This document shows positions 58,391 to 64,000 of a DNA stretch of 64,000 nucleotides, piece by piece. Positions within the stretch are counted from its first letter, which is position 1, and every line of letters begins with the position of its first letter. Origin of the DNA: Thermodesulfobacteriota bacterium (lineage in GTDB: Bacteria > Desulfobacterota > Desulfarculia > JACQYL01); contig CAXXLZ010000002.1 in assembly GCA_963675595.2 (NCBI GenBank), positions 1,184,001 to 1,248,000 of the forward strand. Direction: 5' to 3'. Below the pieces are notes generated by a model that worked only from the letters and a program-made list of their open reading frames with translations, was not told where the DNA came from and did not search any database. The position numbers and the translations under genes were made by a program.

Positions 58391-59233
58391 CTACATGGAA
58401 GAGTCATCAAGCGCCGTATCACACAATAACTGCTTCAGACGTTCGCTCAAAAACATGATGGATTCAATATCCAAGTGATCGGTAACGGTTTCATCAAAAA
58501 GGAGTCCGGCTTCCGCTTCAAACCCGTCCTCCGGCTGCGCGTCCCAGAACATCAAGATCACCGGTACCCGGGGCAGGACTTGAAAATGGAAGGCCGCGTC
58601 GGCTGATCCGATCTCGTGGGTGACCTCCCGTGCTCCCAACTTCATCGCGGCGTTCCGCAGGTGTTCGATTCTCCCCTGGAAAGCCTCCTTGATCGGCGCT
58701 TCGACCCGACTCTTCATGGTTTTGATTTTCGACACCGTGTTGGGGAACTCCACCAGGCCTTTCCAGTTGCCCGGCGGCTCCGAACTCCCGCCCTGTGCCA
58801 CATGATTCAGAATAAACACCTGTTCCCATCGGGTAAGGGACGTACCGTCCCGATGCGTCACGGCGCCATCGGTGATGAGGATCGTGTCGTTGAAATAAGG
58901 AAGTTCAAGGCTCGATCGTCCGCCCTGATCCACGATCCGACCTTGAATTCGTTCGGCCACGTCGCGCACATCCATGGAAGCCGACCGTTGCTTGGCCCAC
59001 TCCAGGGCATCCTGGGCCATGTCTCTCTTGGTCCATTTGCCGGCCGCATACTGGGCCTGAAGTTCCGCGTTGCGGGCGGCCACAACCTCAGCCGAAAGAT
59101 GGGGACATTTCGCCAGGGACAGCTTCTCCGAAATCACCATGCTTGCGAAGGCCAGGCAGGTGGGAAACCCGCACTCTCCGCAATTGGTTTTGGGCAGAAC
59201 ATCACGATACAGGTCCAACGGAGAAAGCGGCAT
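58391..59233 (-). CDS. Fe-S domain (AcsC/RnfB N-terminal type) + DUF3786 protein
   Basis: LPKTNCGECGFPTCLAFA..CPHL; VLPRVPVILMFWD..FEAEAGLLFDETVTDHLDIES; start at MPLSPL. Confidence 0.85.
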   Translation of the reverse strand: MPLSPLDLYRDVLPKTNCGECGFPTCLAFASMVISEKLSLAKCPHLSAEVVAARNAELQAQYAAGKWTKRDMAQDALEWAKQRSASMDVRDVAERIQGRIVDQGGRSSLELPYFNDTILITDGAVTHRDGTSLTRWEQVFILNHVAQGGSSEPPGNWKGLVEFPNTVSKIKTMKSRVEAPIKEAFQGRIEHLRNAAMKLGAREVTHEIGSADAAFHFQVLPRVPVILMFWDAQPEDGFEAEAGLLFDETVTDHLDIESIMFLSERLKQLLCDTALDDSSM

Positions 59234-59608
59234 TTGCGTAAGCTCCAAACGACATTTTCTTGTACAAAGGACTTGAAGCCGAACCTTGACCCCTGCCGAC
59301 GGCTCTCCCGCCCCCGAATCCCGCGGATCGCCGTTCAAGCGGTTGCGCCTGGAGGATTCCGGGGAGACGATCCGACAACATACCAATTACACGGAATCAT
59401 TGCCACAGATACCGCACCGCGGCAACCTATGAGTCCCGCATGATCGGCTTTGCCCAACCATTCTCTGTCGTTGAACGATTTTAGCCGCCCGCCCTGACAA
59501 TGCCGATCCGCTTCCCTGTCTCGACCGATGGCATCGACAAGGCAATGATGCGCAGAAGGGGCGCTACAATCGCCCCTTCTGCTCTCAGAGACCACGTGAT
59601 CCGGTGTT

Positions 59609-60625
59609 TCAGCGAGCCGGCGATACCGCCGGCGTTTGCTTTGCGAGGGTTTCCACGGCCGTTTCGGGGGCGCCGAACAATCTGTCCGTGAACCTCACAT
59701 ACCAGGCTGCGGACTGCACCTGAATGATATAGGCCATGGCCACCACCAGTGCGGCGCTGGAGCCCTGTTCCCCGAAAGCGTTCATGGCGATGGCCAGAGC
59801 GATGGAAAGATTGCGCATCACCGTGCCGTAGACCAGGGCCACGGCGTCCCCTCTCGGCAGGAATCGGCGACCCACCAGGGTGCTCAGCAGGTAGTTCAGG
59901 GCGTAGATAACGGTGAGAGGCGCAAGAATGGTGAGCAGCATCTGGGGTGCGCCGGCAATGACTTTGGCCTTGAGCGCCATGGCCACGAACACGATCCCCA
60001 AGACGCCGATGGTGGATAAGCCCGGAAAACGGGGGCCGATACGCTTCTGGAAATCCGGTTGCCCGTACTTTTTGATCAGGATCTGCTGAGTGACGAATCC
60101 AAGAATCATGGGCAGAAAAACAATGACGGCGATCTGTTGCATGACGGCCAAGACATCGACCGCGATTTGCGCTCCCATGAGATAGCGCACATAAAACGGG
60201 GTGGCCAGGGAACCCAGGGTCAGGCCGATGACGGTCATCTTGATCGCCGTGGCCACGTTGCCCTTGGCGAACCCGGTCCAGGAAATGGTCATGCCGCTGG
60301 TGGGCACCAGTCCGGCCAGCAGTAGCCCTAGCGCCATGAAGGGATGATTCGGGAAGAAGACCGACCCCACACCCAGAGCCACGAAGGGGATGACGCCGAA
60401 GTTGATCAACTGACTCAACCATTGGGCCCTGGAATCTCCGCCCTGAAACACGGTCTTGACCTTGAGGGTGACCATCATGGGATACACCATCAGAAACGTC
60501 AGGGGAATAATGAGTTTTTTCAGCACGGCGGGATCGGTGCTCAAGCCGTAGACAAATCCCAAGACCATCATGACCGGTATGGCCGTTACCAGATTCTTGT
60601 TGATCTTCTGCAGCACGCTCCACAT
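59609..60625 (-). CDS. ACR3/bile acid:sodium symporter family membrane protein
   Basis: FLMVYPMM, LVPTSGMTISWTGFAKGN, MRNLSIALAIA; AAGGAG RBS. Confidence 0.88.
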   Translation of the reverse strand: MWSVLQKINKNLVTAIPVMMVLGFVYGLSTDPAVLKKLIIPLTFLMVYPMMVTLKVKTVFQGGDSRAQWLSQLINFGVIPFVALGVGSVFFPNHPFMALGLLLAGLVPTSGMTISWTGFAKGNVATAIKMTVIGLTLGSLATPFYVRYLMGAQIAVDVLAVMQQIAVIVFLPMILGFVTQQILIKKYGQPDFQKRIGPRFPGLSTIGVLGIVFVAMALKAKVIAGAPQMLLTILAPLTVIYALNYLLSTLVGRRFLPRGDAVALVYGTVMRNLSIALAIAMNAFGEQGSSAALVVAMAYIIQVQSAAWYVRFTDRLFGAPETAVETLAKQTPAVSPAR

Positions 60626-60669
60626 AGGTGGCTCCTTTCCTTTGCTCCAATCGGTTTGGATGAACCAAG

Positions 60670-60685
60670 ATCAATAAGCATGCCA
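60670..60685 (-). promoter_or_regulatory. sigma54 -24/-12 promoter of the ACR3-like gene
   Basis: Minus strand TGGCATGCTTATTGAT (GG-N10-GA variant); divergent enhancer-binding protein gene; GTAAAC/GTTTAC repeats at ~60787-60818 are candidate activator sites. Confidence 0.65.
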
Positions 60686-60847
60686 CACTCTCCGGCCTTC
60701 CATGTTGCCCAGCGCATCTATAACCTACTGTTTTTTGAGGATAAACCTATAAGACAGAACGATTTGACTCGTTGGAGAGTGCTACAGTAAACAGGAGTAA
60801 ACAATTTGTGAACGTTTACTATTAACACTCTAAAAGGGAATCATTCC

Positions 60848-62266
60848 ATGGCCGCCATCGCTCCGGCATTCGCCGACCTGCTCATCGACGCCATGGCCGA
60901 AGGCGTGTTCAGCCTCGACGACAAAGGTCGCATCACCTTGTGGAACCGCGCCATGAAACAGATCACCGGTTACAAGGCGGACGAGGTGTTGGGCCGATCC
61001 TGCAGCGTCTTGAATTTCAATCGTTGTCTGCACCGGGAATGCCCCTCGGGAATGCTCGACTGCGGCATCTTTGAACACGGCGGGGTGGACGCCAAGTCCT
61101 GTATGCTGAGGCATAAAGACGGCCACGACGTGCCGGTGGTCAAGAGCGCCCGGGTACTGAAAGACCGGGAGGGCCGAGTGATCGGCGTGGTTGAGACCGT
61201 CACCGACATGACCGCTCTGAGGGAGGCCGAACGGCGGATGGCGGAGGCCGCCCGCCGTCTGCGCGAGGTGCACCGCCTGGATAACATTTTGGGCAAAAGC
61301 CCCGGCATGCAGCAGGTGTTCCGGGCCATCGAGGCGGCCGCGGCCGGTGACGCGACCGTTCTCATCGAAGGAGAAAGCGGTACCGGCAAAGAACTGGTGG
61401 CCGGCGCCATTCATTACAACGGCGATCGCTCCGAAAAACCTTTGGTCACGGTCAACTGCAGCGCTTTGTCCGAATCCTTGCTGGAGAGCGAGTTGTTCGG
61501 CCATGTCTCCGGCGCTTTCACCGGTGCCACGCGCAATCGAATCGGCCGGTTTGAAGAGGCCCACGGGGGCACGGTGTTCCTGGATGAAATCGGAGAAGTG
61601 AGCCCCTTTATTCAGGTCAAACTGCTGAGGGTTCTGCAGCAGCGAACCATCGAACGAGTTGGGGAGTCCAAAACGCGGGCCGTGGATATCCGCGTCGTCG
61701 TGGCCACCAACAAACACCTGTTTGACTTGGTTCGAAGCGGGAAATTCCGAGAAGACCTTTACTACCGCCTGAAGGTGTTTCCCATACGAATCCCTCCCCT
61801 GCGCGACCGGCGTGAGGACATTCCCTTATTGATCGATCACTTCATCCATCGACAAAACAAAAAGACGGGCAAGCGGATTCAAGGCGTGACAGCCGAAGCC
61901 ATGCGGCTCCTCATGGAATACTCCTGGCCGGGCAATGTGCGCGAGCTCGAAAACGCGGTGGAACACGCCTTTGTCCTGGCCGCCGACCACTACATCGATG
62001 TGGCCGAACTGCCCGTGGAGATTCGTTGGCCGGCCGATTCCCTCATGTCGCCGAACGCGCATACCTACCCCTCGGTGGGAGGGCCACGCCCCAAGCTGGA
62101 TCGGAAACGTTTGACGGCCGAATTGGAGGCCTGCGGCTGGAACAAGAGCGAAGTGGCCCGAAAGACCGGGTACAGTCGTACCGCCGTCTGGAAGTACATG
62201 AAACGCTGGAACATTCCCCTTCAGCCGGAGGCGTCGTCCGATACGTCCGAGCCCAGTTCCGAATGA
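60848..62266 (+). CDS. PAS-domain sigma54-dependent Fis-family activator
   Basis: PAS with Cys cluster; [37 protein letters not shown]-terminal HTH. Confidence 0.95.
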   Translation: MAAIAPAFADLLIDAMAEGVFSLDDKGRITLWNRAMKQITGYKADEVLGRSCSVLNFNRCLHRECPSGMLDCGIFEHGGVDAKSCMLRHKDGHDVPVVKSARVLKDREGRVIGVVETVTDMTALREAERRMAEAARRLREVHRLDNILGKSPGMQQVFRAIEAAAAGDATVLIEGESGTGKELVAGAIHYNGDRSEKPLVTVNCSALSESLLESELFGHVSGAFTGATRNRIGRFEEAHGGTVFLDEIGEVSPFIQVKLLRVLQQRTIERVGESKTRAVDIRVVVATNKHLFDLVRSGKFREDLYYRLKVFPIRIPPLRDRREDIPLLIDHFIHRQNKKTGKRIQGVTAEAMRLLMEYSWPGNVRELENAVEHAFVLAADHYIDVAELPVEIRWPADSLMSPNAHTYPSVGGPRPKLDRKRLTAELEACGWNKSEVARKTGYSRTAVWKYMKRWNIPLQPEASSDTSEPSSE

Positions 62267-63082
62267 CGGATGAGGAGACGGGGACCGGCCCACCACCTTT
62301 CCAGGCAAGCCCCGCGTTCCGAAGGGCTTATACCGAATTGCGTCCTCCCGAATGATACGGCAAACCGTGCCGCGAACCCAAGCGGGGCGCTGGGGAAAAC
62401 CCTCCCCCGGGTTTGTCCTCTTTTGTCGCCGGGTCGAACGAACCATGCTCCATGATCTCCTTCCCTCATCCCGCACTTACTCTTTGGACGACAATTTGCT
62501 CCATGAACCGCAGGGACCGTAACGACGTAAAGAGGCGCAACATAGGTCATCCGCACCGCATTCCTCCTTTTTCCCTTGACAGAAGGAGCCGGAGTTTTCT
62601 ACCGTTACATTATAGCTATTTTATAATTATCCTTTAAGTGTCGGAGGCGATCCTACGAGTCCCATCCGGCCCACAATCAGTGATCATGAAGAAGTCCGGA
62701 TGAGCGGGACCTCTTGTATGCACGGTTTCCAAAGAAACCTTTTTTTTGAGATTCGACTTATGTCGGTTTCGACATAAGGTACGAGGTCGGCTTGCAACGA
62801 AAGGGTCCGGCGGCCACGAAGACCATCTTCCATTGTTTTTCCGGGAGTCGCCGGTGAGTTCCTTTGCGGACGGGAAACATTCGGAGCACGACGCCCCGTT
62901 GCACGTTCCGGTTGTTTGGAGCCGGTCGCCTGTTCACTAAAAGCCTCCGGTCCCGGCTGCAACGCGGGCGGGCAACCCGCTCAAAAAGTTTTCGAAAGTG
63001 TCCGGGAAACCTTTTTCAAAAGGTTGTCCCGGATACCTGGTAAATAAAACCCATCTTCCTTGGATTCACAAAGGGGAAGTGA

Positions 63083-64000
63083 ATGAGATACGGGGAAACG
63101 GGCTACAATCTGGAAATAGATTTGGCCACGGGAAACATCGAACGGGTGGAAACGGACCCGAAGTTGACCGAGCTTCACCTCGGAGGTCTGGGAACCAACG
63201 TCAAAATGCTGTGGGATCGAGTGCCTCCCGGAACCAAGGCCTTCGACCCTCAAAATCTGCTCATTTTCGCCTCCGGTCTTCTGTGCGGCACGCCCGCATT
63301 CAGCTGCAACCGCACCGTGGTTTCCACGGTTTCACCTCAAAACGACTTGATCGCCTATCCCATGATGGGCGGGTTCTGGGCCGCGGAACTCAAGTACGCG
63401 GGTTACGACAAAGTGGTCCTTCGCAACAAATCGCCACATCCGGTATACGTCTGGATTCACAACGACAAGGTGGAACTGCGCGATGCCTCTCATTTGAAGG
63501 GCAAAGGCGCGGTGGAAACGCAAGACCTGATTCGCAACGAGTTGAACCAGCCCAACGCCCAGGTGGCCGCCATCGGCCTGGCCGGAGAAAATAGAGTGTT
63601 CACGGCTTCCATCGAGCAGGGTCGGTCGAGCGCCAGCAGGCTCGGCGGGGGCGCGGTCATGGGAGACAAGAACGTAAAAGCCGTGGCCGTGCGCGGCACC
63701 AAGGACCTGTACCTCGCCCGAGGCGCCGAATTCATGGAGCACATGAGAGAGATCACGGCGTACATCAAGTACCGAAACGAGAATCCCATACCCGGAGTCA
63801 TGACCATCCTGGCGGGCATCGGGTCCCCTCAGGAAATGAAGCACACGGACGAAAAGTGGCACACCGAAAATTTCGCCTGGGGCAACGCCCGCGCTCGGAG
63901 GAAAGGTTTCTGGACCGAGGAAATCGAAGAGGACTGGACCAGGACCCAACTGAGCGCCATCAAGCGGTTGATCAGTTGCTTCAACTGCCCTCAGCAGTGC
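63083..64000 (+). CDS. bamB: tungsten AOR-family protein, BamB-like (class II benzoyl-CoA reductase catalytic subunit); runs off the window end
   Basis: Manual translation MRYGETGYNLEIDLATGNIERVETDP..LGGLGTN..MMGGFWAAELKYAGYDK..SIEQGRSSASR..GSPQEMKHTDEKWHTENFAWGNAR..LISCFNCP closely follows Geobacter BamB as I recall it. Not in the ORF track. Confidence 0.85.
   Translation, partial: MRYGETGYNLEIDLATGNIERVETDPKLTELHLGGLGTNVKMLWDRVPPGTKAFDPQNLLIFASGLLCGTPAFSCNRTVVSTVSPQNDLIAYPMMGGFWAAELKYAGYDKVVLRNKSPHPVYVWIHNDKVELRDASHLKGKGAVETQDLIRNELNQPNAQVAAIGLAGENRVFTASIEQGRSSASRLGGGAVMGDKNVKAVAVRGTKDLYLARGAEFMEHMREITAYIKYRNENPIPGVMTILAGIGSPQEMKHTDEKWHTENFAWGNARARRKGFWTEEIEEDWTRTQLSAIKRLISCFNCPQQC

Noticed and set aside
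62998-63949. ORFs 62998-63594 (+) and 63332-63949 (-)
   Set aside because: Off-frame or antisense to the BamB-like CDS starting at 63083.

Overview
GC-rich bacterial DNA, most likely an anaerobic deltaproteobacterium (Desulfobacterota-like: rubrerythrin, DUF3786 proteins, a selenoprotein candidate, and a BamB-like class II benzoyl-CoA reductase subunit at the right edge). The left half is a mosaic of housekeeping genes, a five-gene Mu-like prophage relic (CI-like repressor opposite a gam operon), a UGA-recoded small Cys-rich protein, a complete group II intron, tRNA-Arg(TCT), an IS4 inserted in a large gene upstream of psd, an IS1634, RAYT/REP relics and dispersed palindromic repeats. The main result is a ~28 kb locus (29970-57507) that reads as one regulon. 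A cobalamin riboswitch precedes an AraC regulator with a cNMP-binding-like domain. A 38-bp direct-repeat motif, each copy 17 bp before a -10-like hexamer, precedes four transcription units: (i) five VPxP-CTERM (PEP-CTERM-like) surface proteins, four of them resembling B12-binding domains; (ii) a cohesin-like/6xPKD stalk protein; (iii) a dockerin-like propeller protein plus a cohesin-like CTERM anchor; (iv) an Flp/Tad pilus operon. Units (i) and (iii) also carry c-di-GMP-I riboswitches with ON-type terminators. I interpret this as a candidate B12-starvation- and c-di-GMP-gated, cellulosome-like corrinoid-capture system coupled to a Tad pilus. All family assignments come from motif recognition by eye; no searches were run.
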